NCBI GenBank assembly: GCA_963664405.1
Contig: OY761158.1
Location: forward strand, 6,368,001 to 6,432,000
Source of the DNA: Thermoanaerobaculia bacterium
GTDB lineage: Bacteria; Acidobacteriota; Thermoanaerobaculia; Multivoradales; Multivoraceae
Reading direction: 5' to 3'
Length of the DNA stretch: 64,000 nt
A model generated the notes under the pieces. The model had not been told where the DNA came from. It ran no database searches and worked only from the letters and a program-made list of their open reading frames with translations. Positions 10,809 through 20,778 of this stretch are shown in pieces (the stretch's first letter is position 1; each line of letters begins with the position of its first letter). The position numbers and the translations under genes were made by a program.

Positions 10809-11807
10809 ATGTCGATTAACCTGAGCTCGGATTCGACGATCTTCGTTGCCGGCCATGGTGGCCTGGTCGGGTCGGCGGTCGTGCGTCACCTCGAGAGCCA
10901 GGGCCTTTCCAATATCCTCACCGCGAGTCGCGAGCAACTGGACCTAAGAGATCAGGCTGCCGTCAACTATTGGTTTCGCGCCAACCGTCCCGACTTCGTG
11001 TTTCTCGTAGCCGGTACCGTCGGTGGTATTCTTGCGAATTCGACTCGTCCGGCAGAGTTCATCTACGACAACTTGATGATCCACGCGACGGTTGTTCATG
11101 CCGCCTATCTATACGAGGTGAAGCGACTTCTCTACCTTGGAAGCTCCTGCATCTATCCTCGAGATAGCCCTCAACCGATGGCCGAGACGGCTCTGCTCAC
11201 CGGGCCGCTGGAGCCCACCAACGAGGCCTACGCCGTGGCCAAGATCGCCGGCATTCGACTCTGTCAGGCTTATCGGCAGCAGTACGGATGCGACTTCATT
11301 TCGGCGATGCCGACCAATCTCTACGGTCCTGGGGACAACTTCGAACTCGAGAGCTCGCATGTGGTCCCGGCGCTGATGCGGAAGTTTCACGAGGCCAAGA
11401 TTCGAGGCGAGAGAGAGGTCGTCGTCTGGGGAACCGGTGCGCCCAAGAGAGAGTTCCTGCATGTCGACGATCTGGCAGACGCATGTCTGTTCCTGGTACG
11501 CAACTACGACGATGCCGACCACATCAACGTTGGAACGGGCGAGGATCTGCCCATCCGAGAGCTGGCTGAGCTGATCCGCAGCATCGTAGCTCCAGGAGTC
11601 GAGCTGGTGTTCGACACCTCCAAGCCGGATGGCAGCCCTCGCAAGCTTCTCGACGTCTCGCGCCTCACCGGCTTGGGGTGGAAACCGCGCATCGATTTCG
11701 AGCAGGGAATCGCCACTACCTATGAGTGGCTTCGCGAGCACTACGACGCTCTAGTGAGTGAGGAGTCTCGGGAAGAAGTCCCGGCGGGGTCGAGCGGCGT
11801 CGCGTAA
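10809..11807 (+). CDS. fcl: GDP-L-fucose synthase
   Basis: AGHGGLVGSA, LGSSCIYP, YAVAK, MPTNLYGPGDNF and REFLHVDD motifs. Confidence 0.95.
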   Translation: MSINLSSDSTIFVAGHGGLVGSAVVRHLESQGLSNILTASREQLDLRDQAAVNYWFRANRPDFVFLVAGTVGGILANSTRPAEFIYDNLMIHATVVHAAYLYEVKRLLYLGSSCIYPRDSPQPMAETALLTGPLEPTNEAYAVAKIAGIRLCQAYRQQYGCDFISAMPTNLYGPGDNFELESSHVVPALMRKFHEAKIRGEREVVVWGTGAPKREFLHVDDLADACLFLVRNYDDADHINVGTGEDLPIRELAELIRSIVAPGVELVFDTSKPDGSPRKLLDVSRLTGLGWKPRIDFEQGIATTYEWLREHYDALVSEESREEVPAGSSGVA

Positions 11808-11988
11808 GCCTCCCTCGCCTCCTTGGGGCGGTCGATCCCTTCGAGGATCTCGCCTCGCCAAACCAACCAGTGCTCGGTCCGCGGCGAGGTCCCGGCGAGC
11901 GCAAGCAGACGAGCGGCCCCGCGGCGTCTGTAGGATTCCGGGCTGTGTAGCGCTCGAAGTAGGGGAGGGCCTTCTGAGGTTCGAGTCT

Positions 11989-13035
11989 CTATTCGGGGAG
12001 GAAAGTCTCTACCTCGGCCCTGGCGAGGAATTCGTCGACCTGTTCGAGCAGCATGCCCTGCACTTTTTGGGACGAAAGGACCTGGCCTATGGTCTCCTTC
12101 GCTTCGTCGAAAGAGGCGATACGCGAGGCTTGCGTGTCGATTCCCTTGATGATGTGGAAGCCGACCGGGGTCTCGACCAGGTTGCTGATCTCGCCCGGCG
12201 CCAGAGCGAAGGCCGTACTTTCGAAGGCGGGGAGTGTTTGGCCCCGAACCAGCCATGGAAGCTCCCCGCCCTGCGTCTTCGAAGCGTCTTCGGAGTGTTC
12301 GTAGGCAAGGGCGGCGAAGTCTTCGCCTTGCTTGGCGCGTTCGAGAAGAGCCACTGCCTTGCCTCGGGCCACCGCCTTGTCGTCGGCGGTCGCTTCGCGT
12401 TCGACTACGATCAAAACATGGCGCACCCTGACGCGCTCGGGCTGGCGGAAGCGCTCGACGTTCTCATCGTAGAAGAGGCGCATCTCTTCGTCACTGATGT
12501 TGACCTTGGGGGCTATCTCCGCATCCACATAGTGACCCCTCGAGATGTCTCGAGCGAACCTCTCGCGCAATTGTTCCTCGGTCGTTCCCTGATTCTTCAT
12601 GGCCTCCTGAAAAGCCTCTTCTGAGGGGGCGGCGGCGCGGGCCTGGAGGAGGCTCTGGTTGATCTCGTCGGCAGTGGCCGCGACCCCCTTCGCCCTCGCT
12701 TCTTGCGCGATGAGTTGGGCGGCGATCAGCTGTTGCAGTGCCTGCTGGTAGAAGTGGCGATCGGCGACCACCTCTTGGCCCATCTGGCGGAGCTGCGAAT
12801 ACGCACCCTGGGCCTCCTGCAGTAGCTCGGCCCGGGTGAGCTCGCGACCGTTGACCCGAGCCACGATCTCAGGAAGAAGGGCGGGGTCGAGGGCCGTCGG
12901 TGCTGTTGAAGCGGCGTCCGCTGCGGCTTGCGGCGATGCGGCTGTGGCGGTGCACAGCGCGAGTGCCACGAGACCCGCAGCCATCATCCTGGCGCAGGGG
13001 TTGTCTCCGGATTCGATTCTGTCTGGTCGAGTCAT
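11989..13035 (-). CDS. Parvulin-type peptidyl-prolyl isomerase (SurA/PrsA-like, exported)
   Basis: Signal peptide, SurA-N-like helical region and PpiC domain (VRVRHVLI...FAALA..HSED..GGEL...ETPVGFHII). Confidence 0.88.
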   Translation of the reverse strand: MTRPDRIESGDNPCARMMAAGLVALALCTATAASPQAAADAASTAPTALDPALLPEIVARVNGRELTRAELLQEAQGAYSQLRQMGQEVVADRHFYQQALQQLIAAQLIAQEARAKGVAATADEINQSLLQARAAAPSEEAFQEAMKNQGTTEEQLRERFARDISRGHYVDAEIAPKVNISDEEMRLFYDENVERFRQPERVRVRHVLIVVEREATADDKAVARGKAVALLERAKQGEDFAALAYEHSEDASKTQGGELPWLVRGQTLPAFESTAFALAPGEISNLVETPVGFHIIKGIDTQASRIASFDEAKETIGQVLSSQKVQGMLLEQVDEFLARAEVETFLPE

Positions 13036-13066
13036 CTTTAAGCCCTCGAACCGAGCCTATCAATCT

Positions 13067-13232
13067 CTAGTGTCCTGTATCAGTGGTTCGTTGCATGAAT
13101 CGCGCAGTCATTTTGTGGGCTGCCAAGGCGCGCCGACGAAGTCATATTGGGAATATTTCGAGGAGGTGCAACGACGGCAGGACGCAAAGCGGCCAGCGAG
13201 TTATGTGACGAACTACTGGTACAGGACACTAG
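13067..13232. mobile_element. Palindromic MITE/REPIN-like element, terminal type A (copy A1)
   Basis: CTAG-TGTCCTGTATCAGTGGTTCGT ... ACGAACTACTGGTACAGGACA-CTAG; 166 bp; inverted copy at 18471. Confidence 0.85.
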
Positions 13233-13244
13233 GGCCGCGGGCAG

Positions 13245-14285
13245 TTAGAGTAATCGGCCGAGGAGGAGCTCGGCGCTGAAGCCCGGCCCAAAGGCCCCGA
13301 GAAGCGAATATCCAGGCTCAGCCTCTCCTTCGAGCGCTTTGTGCAGCACCCAGAGAATGCTGGCGGACGACAGATTCCCCACTTCCCGCAAGGTGGCCCG
13401 CGAGAGGGCGAGCTGCTCCTCTTCGAGATCGAAGAGCTCACGCATAGTGTCGAGGATCTTGCGCCCCCCCGGGTGGAGTAGATAGTTGCGGATCTCTGCA
13501 CCCTCCACCCCGGCGTCGCTGAGGAAAGCCTCGACGACCGGCGACAGCTGGTCTCGGAGCAGCCGAGACACGCGTTTGTCCAGGATGATGCGAAATCCGT
13601 CGTCGTTGAGGTCGAAGCCCATCATCTCGGGGCTGTCCGGAAAGAGGTGAGTGCGGGTGCAGAGAATCTCGAGAGGGCCCCGGTCGCCGCGGACCAGGGC
13701 CGCAGCGCCGCCGTCTCCGAAGAGCGCGCTCGAGACCAGATTCGCGACGCTCATGTCACCGCGCAGGTAGGTCATCGAAGGGATCTCGATGGAGACGATC
13801 GCGATCTTGTGGTCCGGATAAGCCAGAAGGTGATCGTGGGCGTGAGAGATCGCCATAGCTCCAGCGGCGCAACCCAGCTCGGTGAAGGGAAGCCTCTTGG
13901 TGTCCGAGCGCATCCGGAAGTGGTTGATGAGATAGGTGTCGAGCGCCGGGATCATGAAACCGGTACAGGAGGTGGTGATGAGAACGTCGATGTCGGTCGG
14001 AGAGACAGAGCCCTTCTCCAGCAGCCGCCCCAAGAGCTCGATCCCGAGCTTCTGGCACTCTTCGATGTAGACATCGTTACGCCACTTGAGAGAGTGGTGG
14101 GCGAGAAGGGTGTCGACGTCTCGTACCAAGTAGCGGTTCTCCACTCCGGCGTTGCGGAACAAGCCGAGCGCCTGGTCGAGAAAGGCGACCTTGCCTTTGA
14201 GGACATCGCGCGCCAGGTCGATCACCCGCTCTTGGGAGAGCTGATGAGGAGGCAAAGCGGTGGTAACGCAATCAACGAAGCTCAG
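13245..14285 (-). CDS. Type III polyketide synthase (chalcone/stilbene synthase-like)
   Basis: Cys-His-Asn triad (LGCAAG, HPGG, GNLSSA) plus LFGDG and FGPGF; start uncertain (CTG at 14285 or an upstream TTG). Confidence 0.9.
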   Translation of the reverse strand: MSFVDCVTTALPPHQLSQERVIDLARDVLKGKVAFLDQALGLFRNAGVENRYLVRDVDTLLAHHSLKWRNDVYIEECQKLGIELLGRLLEKGSVSPTDIDVLITTSCTGFMIPALDTYLINHFRMRSDTKRLPFTELGCAAGAMAISHAHDHLLAYPDHKIAIVSIEIPSMTYLRGDMSVANLVSSALFGDGGAAALVRGDRGPLEILCTRTHLFPDSPEMMGFDLNDDGFRIILDKRVSRLLRDQLSPVVEAFLSDAGVEGAEIRNYLLHPGGRKILDTMRELFDLEEEQLALSRATLREVGNLSSASILWVLHKALEGEAEPGYSLLGAFGPGFSAELLLGRLL

Positions 14286-15064
14286 GGCATATTCCAGGAG
14301 AAGTAGGAGGATCTTCCGGGCTCTCGAATCTCGAAAGTAGCTTGCGGGACACCCTGCGAAAGTGCCCAGAGAATCCCGAGGCCCGGTTCGAGACAGGGTG
14401 AGAACGGCCAATCAGCCGCCGGCGGCGAAGATGCGCTTGCACCCAGGACCATCGCTTCGCCACCGGTGGCGCGAGCGATGGTTCCCAACTCGCCGTCGCC
14501 GCTGAAGAGTAGCGCAATTGCGCCTTCGAGACCCTGGCTCGCCCCGGTTTGGAGAATATTGCGGCTCCTCTCTTCTGCTCGATCGCTCGCCGAGCTGAGG
14601 ACGAAGAGTACGGGGCGATCAGGTATTTCCAGGGCGGCCGCTGGAATCAGGTCCGCGAAGGCGGCCGCGGAGTCGATTGTGCTCAACGATGGCCCGCGAA
14701 GGTGGAAGTGAAGACTGAGACTGGCAGGCACCTGGTTGCGGAGCGAGAGCAGCAGCGCAAAGGGGTGAATCCGCCGTGATCTGCGCCGGCCGAACCCGGG
14801 TCCGACCAGACGACCGTCTGGGGAGTCCTTGCGGGCCGCATCGAAAAGGTGGAGACACGACCCGGGAGAGCCGGAGATCGTGTAGAGAGCCGCCTCAGCG
14901 GCCCGCTCCGCCAGTTCCTCCACCGCCGCTATGGCGTATTCGGCCGCCGCCGAGACTGCGTGGCTCGCCGGCGGTTTCTCGATGACCCGAACGCCGGGGC
15001 AGTCGAGGATCTGCGCTGGAGCGGCGCCGGCCAGAACGGCCCGGTAGTCTGCCAGCTTCAACAT
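14282..15064 (-). CDS. Degenerate ketosynthase-like (chain-length-factor-like) protein
   Basis: HPFALLLSLRNQVPASLS...LRGPSLS resembles a KS N-terminal domain; no catalytic Cys motif; overlaps both neighbours. Confidence 0.55.
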   Translation of the reverse strand: MLKLADYRAVLAGAAPAQILDCPGVRVIEKPPASHAVSAAAEYAIAAVEELAERAAEAALYTISGSPGSCLHLFDAARKDSPDGRLVGPGFGRRRSRRIHPFALLLSLRNQVPASLSLHFHLRGPSLSTIDSAAAFADLIPAAALEIPDRPVLFVLSSASDRAEERSRNILQTGASQGLEGAIALLFSGDGELGTIARATGGEAMVLGASASSPPAADWPFSPCLEPGLGILWALSQGVPQATFEIREPGRSSYFSWNMP

Positions 15065-16215
15065 GGGTGATCGGCGGAGAGCAAGAGTGCGGAGTTGTGG
15101 CCGCCGAAGGCGAAGGCGCTGGAGAGTGCGAAGTCGCCGCTCAGAGCGCGGGGCTCGAGGGCCACATAGTCGAGATCACATTCCGGGTCGGGCTCGTGCA
15201 GGTTCAAGGTCGGCGGGGCCTGTTGTCGGCCCAGCGCCTCCAGGGTGACCACCACCTCCATCAGGGAGGATGCGCCGAGACAGTGCCCGGTCATCGACTT
15301 GAGCGAGCTCACAGGAATCGAGTGCGCCCGCTCTCCGAAGAGGTTCTTGTAGAGACGGGTCTCGCAGCGGTCGTTGCCAGGGGTTGCGGTGCCATGCGCG
15401 CAGATGTAGGAAGGAACGGTGCCGGCGAGCGCCGCTCGGCAGGCGGCCTCCATGGCGGAGAGATCCTCTGGCATGTCGGTGAACTTCTCGGCATTCATCG
15501 ACCTGCCGTGGCCACAGAGGTAGCCGGTGGGTTGTCGCGGCCGCCGGCTGCTGAGCCAACACGCGGCGCCGCCTTCGCCCATGACGAAGCCTTTGCGCCG
15601 GCGGTCGAAGGGGCGGCTGGCAGTCAGATCGTCTTCGGTGCTGAGGGCGTGAATGTTGTTGAAGAGAGCGATACCAACCGGGTCGAGCATCGATGCGGCG
15701 GCGACGACCAGAACGTCTTCGGCGATTCCGGCTTCGATCCATCGGTGGGCGAGGATGAGGGCGTCGCTCCCCGAGGCACATGCACTGTCGACTCGGGCCC
15801 GCGGTCCATGCGCGCCAAGGACCGAGGCCACGTACTCGAGCGGAAAGTCGCCGGCGAAGCCGAGGATCTCTTCCATCTGCTGCGGGTCACAACGATGCTG
15901 GAGTACGTGCTCTAGGTAGGCGGGCTCGGAGTGAAGGCTCGAAAGGGCCAATACCAGGCCATAGCTCGGTCCCTCTTCGCGCTCCAGTCTGCGCCCCGCT
16001 TCGACCGCCGCGAGAAGGCCCCTTGGGGCCAAAGCGTAGGGGAAGTTTCGGGGTCGGGGTGGGTCGGCGGCGAAGGGGGCGCCAACCGCGACCGCAAACT
16101 CTCCCTCGAGGCGGGTGACCGCCGAGCGACCCCGCACCAGGTCTTCTTTCGTCAGCTCACCAGGAGCAAAAAGAGACGTTGCGAGGATGGGGAGCGGCTT
16201 CAGCCGGGAGGACAC
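15058..16215 (-). CDS. Beta-ketoacyl-ACP synthase (FabF/KS-like)
   Basis: SACASG, SRPFD..RKGFVMGEG, AHGTAT, KSMTGH and AFAFGGHN (Cys-His-His triad). Confidence 0.9.
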   Translation of the reverse strand: MSSRLKPLPILATSLFAPGELTKEDLVRGRSAVTRLEGEFAVAVGAPFAADPPRPRNFPYALAPRGLLAAVEAGRRLEREEGPSYGLVLALSSLHSEPAYLEHVLQHRCDPQQMEEILGFAGDFPLEYVASVLGAHGPRARVDSACASGSDALILAHRWIEAGIAEDVLVVAAASMLDPVGIALFNNIHALSTEDDLTASRPFDRRRKGFVMGEGGAACWLSSRRPRQPTGYLCGHGRSMNAEKFTDMPEDLSAMEAACRAALAGTVPSYICAHGTATPGNDRCETRLYKNLFGERAHSIPVSSLKSMTGHCLGASSLMEVVVTLEALGRQQAPPTLNLHEPDPECDLDYVALEPRALSGDFALSSAFAFGGHNSALLLSADHPC

Positions 16216-16763
16216 TACTCTCCAGAGATCTCTTTCGACTTCTCCTCGAGCCAGCTCTCGAGGATCTCATCACCGGTCGGGGGCGGTACGGGCTCGCCTG
16301 ACCCCTTGGAGATCACCTTGAGGCCTACGAGGACGGCTACTTCACCATTAGGAGACAGGTCCGGAGTCTGGTCGTAGAAATCCTTGATCAATCCCGCGAA
16401 AGTACGAATGCTGAAGTACTGGGGAATGTCCGCCGCGCGCAGCGAGCCAGGTAGCTCGACCTCTGCCAACGCCGGCATACGCTGGAGCAGGATCTTGGTA
16501 CCGAGGTCAGTGAGAAATCCCTCCCGGAGAATGATTCCGTCACCGACGACCCGATCGAGCTCTTCGATGGCATTACGCCCGCTGAACTCCACATCGAAGG
16601 CCTCTTCGAGTGCGAAACTGGCCTCGATCATATCCAGCGAGTCGAGGCCGAGCTCCTTCATCAGAGGGCTCGAGAGTAAAAGCTCGACCTCGGGAATGAG
16701 AGCCTCGGTCAGGATTTCTTGGATGGCCTCGGCGAGGGTATCGATAGAGGGTGGGTTCTTCAT
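16215..16763 (-). CDS. Extended acyl carrier protein
   Basis: ELGLDSLD phosphopantetheine motif; 182 aa with internal and C-terminal extensions. Confidence 0.8.
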   Translation of the reverse strand: MKNPPSIDTLAEAIQEILTEALIPEVELLLSSPLMKELGLDSLDMIEASFALEEAFDVEFSGRNAIEELDRVVGDGIILREGFLTDLGTKILLQRMPALAEVELPGSLRAADIPQYFSIRTFAGLIKDFYDQTPDLSPNGEVAVLVGLKVISKGSGEPVPPPTGDEILESWLEEKSKEISGE

Positions 16764-16788
16764 GCTCGCGCTCCGTCGAAGCCTGATC

Positions 16789-18444
16789 TTACAGCCACTC
16801 TACTGCCAGTACCGTCGCCGGGATACCCGCCGTCTCGAAGTAGTCGAGCCAGCCGCGTTGCTCCGGTCGGAGCTGATCGCCCGGACCCTTGACTTCCAGT
16901 AGCTCGTAGCCGGGAGTCCCCTCACTCGGTACGAAGAGATCGGGAAAGCCGTTTCGGTACCGGCGCAGATCGCGGCTCAGGCGTGCGCACACCGAGGCCA
17001 GGTGCGGGCCGGGGAGGCGAGGAAGGACGAGCTCGAGGCTCGATCGCAATGCCTGGGACCACAAGACGAGGGAGTTGCGGGTCCCCTCCTTGGCTGCCAA
17101 CACTTCCAAGATACGCGCCGCCGGCCACTCGTCTTCCTCGATCTCCTGCAGGCGGCTTGCCACCGCCTGCTCTCGACGAGTGCGGAAGGCCGGGTCGTAG
17201 AGGTCGAGAGGGGCGGCCTGGAAGGGGTGCTGGAAAGCGCCTTGGATGGGTTGGAAGATGATGTCCCAGAAACTGAGACCGAAGAGACTGCTCCACAGCC
17301 AGTTCTCGCTATGGATACCGACACAGCCCTGCTTCGATAGCTCTTCGAGCACGTCGGTTTCGATTGGCTTGGTCCCGCTGCGCGACACTCGCAGCAGGCG
17401 CCGCCGACGTCGACTTCGGTAGGCCGGTGGTATCTGCCCCAGGCGCCGCCGCAGTAGATACGAGAAGCGAGGCGCGAAGACCCTTTCACTTTCGTCCCGA
17501 GGCGAGCTCTCGATCTGGCGACAGACTCGCAAAGCCGCCCTGGTGCGATCGAGGCGAGCGAGAATGCGGGCTCTCCGCTCCCTTGCCGGAGGGCGTTCGG
17601 CAGTGAAGAAGATCTCGAGGGCACAGGTTAGCTCTCCGGCGCGTTCGAGGCTGGAGGCTACCTCGCAAAGGGTGCGGTCGACGACCGGGAGTGCCAGGGG
17701 GTGCCATGCGGGGGTGCGCTCCACAAGGCGCTGAGCCAGGTCCCGGGCGGCGGTGAAATCGGCGTCGTGCAGATAGCGCCGAGCGAGAGCGAGCTCGGCG
17801 CGGACGGCGAGAGTGTCGTCGACTGCCTCCCGGGTCGGAAAGAGGCGCATCTCGTCGGTCAGCGCATAAGGCTCGTAGCGCAAGACCTCGAGGTCGGTGA
17901 GTACGAGCTCGGTCCAGTCCTGGCGAAGGTTGCCGAAGAAGAGAAGGCGAAAGACACGCACTTCGTGTTGGGCCAGGGGGCGGAGAACCTCGATTCGGTG
18001 GCGAAGCGCCGGGTGGAGGATCGTAGCGGGGAAGTTCTCGACAATCTGCTCGAGAAGCTCGCTCTTGGTTCGGCGAGTGACTTCGGGGCCGCCGAGCTCC
18101 CTTGCAAGCTCGTCGAGCTCGGAGCGAAGCAGCAGGCGCAGAAGGTCCAGGGGCTCTGCCTCCGGTGCCTGATCGAGAAGCGTGGCCGCGCTCAGCTCGA
18201 GGACGGCGCCGGCCAGATCGGGTACTTCGCCGTAGCAGAGCCGGTCCTGGCGAAAGAGCGGCCCCTTACGAGAGAGGAGACGCAGCCACAGGCAGCGGGC
18301 CGGCTGGGAGAGAGCGTGGTAGCGGTCGAGGAACGCAAGCTCCGCGGGGACCAAGAGATCTCGATAGCACTCCAGGACCGTCCCGAGGATCTTCTCGAAA
18401 TTCTCTACATAGTAAGGGCCGTTGGATGCCCGGGCATCGGCCAT
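16789..18444 (-). CDS. VRR-NUC domain nuclease (bacterial FAN1-like)
   Basis: YY..NF N-terminus, FFGNL.QD.TE.VL, ENWLW and GFPDLF...EVKGPGDQL..Q motifs. Confidence 0.92.
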   Translation of the reverse strand: MADARASNGPYYVENFEKILGTVLECYRDLLVPAELAFLDRYHALSQPARCLWLRLLSRKGPLFRQDRLCYGEVPDLAGAVLELSAATLLDQAPEAEPLDLLRLLLRSELDELARELGGPEVTRRTKSELLEQIVENFPATILHPALRHRIEVLRPLAQHEVRVFRLLFFGNLRQDWTELVLTDLEVLRYEPYALTDEMRLFPTREAVDDTLAVRAELALARRYLHDADFTAARDLAQRLVERTPAWHPLALPVVDRTLCEVASSLERAGELTCALEIFFTAERPPARERRARILARLDRTRAALRVCRQIESSPRDESERVFAPRFSYLLRRRLGQIPPAYRSRRRRRLLRVSRSGTKPIETDVLEELSKQGCVGIHSENWLWSSLFGLSFWDIIFQPIQGAFQHPFQAAPLDLYDPAFRTRREQAVASRLQEIEEDEWPAARILEVLAAKEGTRNSLVLWSQALRSSLELVLPRLPGPHLASVCARLSRDLRRYRNGFPDLFVPSEGTPGYELLEVKGPGDQLRPEQRGWLDYFETAGIPATVLAVEWL

Positions 18445-18470
18445 GGCCCCATCTTATCGGCCGCGCTTCG

Positions 18471-18637
18471 CTAGCGTCCTGTATCAGTAGTTCGTCACAC
18501 AACTCGCTGGCCCTTTTGCGCGCTGCCGTCGTTGCTCCTCCTTGCAATATTGCCCAATATACCTTCGTCGTAGCGCCTTGGCAGCACCCAAAATGACTGC
18601 GCGATTTATGCAACGAACCACTGATACAGGACACTAG
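18471..18637. mobile_element. Palindromic MITE/REPIN-like element, terminal type A (copy A2, inverted relative to A1)
   Basis: CTAG-CGTCCTGTATCAGTAGTTCGT ... ACGAACCACTGATACAGGACA-CTAG; its right end contains the htpG stop codon. Confidence 0.85.
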
Positions 18638-20601
18638 AGCCCTCTACCCATCAACTCCGCCAACAAGCGGTTGAATTTGGACGGGTCGGGCAGGTCCGAG
18701 CCCTCCGCGAGCAGGGCATAACCGAGGAGTAGCTCCGCGTAGTCGTCGAGTGCCGGATCTTCGCCGTCCTCGGCGAAGCGCTGTTGCAGCTTCGTCATCA
18801 CTTCATGCTTTGCGTTGAGCTCGAGGACCCGCTTTTGCGAAGGCACCTCCATCGCTCCTTCTGTCTGTCGAAGCAGGCGCTCGAGCTGGGGACTGATGTC
18901 GCCCTCTTCACCTACCAGACACGAGGGAGACGTGGTCAGGCGGCTCGACAGGCGCACTTCTTTCACCTGGTCGCCAAGCTTTCCCTGCAGCGCTTCGAGG
19001 AGGCTCTTGTACTCTTCCTTCTTTTCCTCGAGCTCCTTGTCGGCTTCGTCATTGTCTTCCTTGGCGCCGAGGTCGACCTCTCCCGAGGCCGCCGAGCGCA
19101 GCTTCTTTCCCTCCCACTCGGCGAGCGCCTGGACCAGGATCTCGTCGATGGCGTCGACCAGGTAGAGCACCTCGACGCCGCGCGCTGCGAAGGCCTCGAG
19201 ATGGGGGGAGCTCTCGACCGCGGTGCGGTTCTCGCCGCTGAGGTAGAAGATCTCTTCCTGGTCTTCTTTCATGCGCTCGAGGTAGCCGGCGAGATCGGTG
19301 AGCTTGGTGGAGTCCGCCGACGAGTTGAAGAGAAGAAGCGGCACGATCCGCTTCTGATTGTCGGGATCGCCGCTCACGCCCTCTTTGATCACAGAGCCGA
19401 ACTCATTCCAGAATTTGAGGTATTTCTCCTCATCTGTGGTCCGCATCTCTTTGAGGTGGTCGAGGACTTTGCGCGTGATCCACTTGCGCATCTGGTTGAT
19501 ATGTCGATCCTGCTGGAGCATCTCTCTCGACAGGTTGAGCTGCAGGTCGGCGGAGTCGACGACTCCCTTGACGAAGCGCAGCCAGGTGGGTAGCAGCGCT
19601 TCGCAGCGATCCATGATCATCACGCGCTTGACGTAGAGCTGAAGGCCGATGTTCTGGTCGCGGTAGTAGAGATCGAAGGGGGCCTTGCCGGGAAGGAAGA
19701 GCAGGGCCTGGTATTCGATCCTTCCTTCGGCCCGCGCCGACAGTCGATCCAGCGGCTCGGACCAATCGTGGGAGATGTGGCGGTAGAACTCGGTGTACTC
19801 CTCGTCCTTGACCTCGTCGGCGGGACGGGTCCAGATCGGCTTCATCGAGTTGAGGGTGACTTCTTCGATCTTTGAGGTGGTCTTCCCTGGGATCGGCTTG
19901 CCCTCGGAGTCGAGCTCGGGCTCTTGGAGGGGAATCTTGGTCCGGATCGGGTAGGGAATGAAGTCGGAGTAGCGCTTGACCACATTCTGGAAAACGTAGT
20001 GATCGGCAAAGTCGTCGAGACCGTTGTCGGGATCCGCCGGCTTGAGATGGAGGGTGACCGTGGTGCCGCGCAGGAAGCGGCTATCGTCGCCGATCTCGAA
20101 GCTGCCCCCTCCATCCGACTCCCAGCGGGTCGCCGTTTCTTCCCCGGCTCTACGGGCCACTACGGTGACCTTGTCGGCGACGATGAAGGAGGAGTAGAAG
20201 CCAACGCCGAACTGGCCGATCAGTTGGGCGATCGAGTCCCTCCCCTTGTCGCCTTTTTCGAGTTGTTCCAGGACCTCTCGGGTCCCCGACTTGGCGATCG
20301 TGCCGAGGTTGTCGATGACCTCCTGGCGCGACATGCCGATGCCGTTGTCGATGATCGATAGTGTTCTTGCGTCGGTATCCGCCTCGATGCGAATCTCCAG
20401 AATCTCGCCCTTCTCCATCAGCTCAGGAGAGGTGAGGGCTTCGAAGCGTAGGCGGTCGAGGGCATCCGAGGAGTTGGAGATCAGCTCGCGCAGAAAGATC
20501 TCTTTGCTCGAATAGAGCGAATTGATGACGATGTCGAGAAGCTGGCGAGTTTCGGCTTTGAACTCGTACGAGCCAGCGGTAGCAGTCGCTTGCGAACTCA
20601 T
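18634..20601 (-). CDS. htpG: Molecular chaperone HtpG (Hsp90)
   Basis: SLYSSKEIFLRELISNSSDA, IGQFGVGFYS and LNLSREMLQ motifs. Confidence 0.98.
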   Translation of the reverse strand: MSSQATATAGSYEFKAETRQLLDIVINSLYSSKEIFLRELISNSSDALDRLRFEALTSPELMEKGEILEIRIEADTDARTLSIIDNGIGMSRQEVIDNLGTIAKSGTREVLEQLEKGDKGRDSIAQLIGQFGVGFYSSFIVADKVTVVARRAGEETATRWESDGGGSFEIGDDSRFLRGTTVTLHLKPADPDNGLDDFADHYVFQNVVKRYSDFIPYPIRTKIPLQEPELDSEGKPIPGKTTSKIEEVTLNSMKPIWTRPADEVKDEEYTEFYRHISHDWSEPLDRLSARAEGRIEYQALLFLPGKAPFDLYYRDQNIGLQLYVKRVMIMDRCEALLPTWLRFVKGVVDSADLQLNLSREMLQQDRHINQMRKWITRKVLDHLKEMRTTDEEKYLKFWNEFGSVIKEGVSGDPDNQKRIVPLLLFNSSADSTKLTDLAGYLERMKEDQEEIFYLSGENRTAVESSPHLEAFAARGVEVLYLVDAIDEILVQALAEWEGKKLRSAASGEVDLGAKEDNDEADKELEEKKEEYKSLLEALQGKLGDQVKEVRLSSRLTTSPSCLVGEEGDISPQLERLLRQTEGAMEVPSQKRVLELNAKHEVMTKLQQRFAEDGEDPALDDYAELLLGYALLAEGSDLPDPSKFNRLLAELMGRGL

Positions 20602-20778
20602 GGTTCGGGGTCTCCGAGTCGTTGTTGGTTGTGTTTGAGCTCACGGCCTGGATCGGCCGTTTTCGTCGTCAGAAGATTCTATCGCGGTACGGTGTCTTTG
20701 GGTGCCGCGGTCTGCCCCATGCTAGGGTTTGCCTGACTAATTCGTGCTGGTTCCCGGCACGACCCTAGGGAGGCGACC

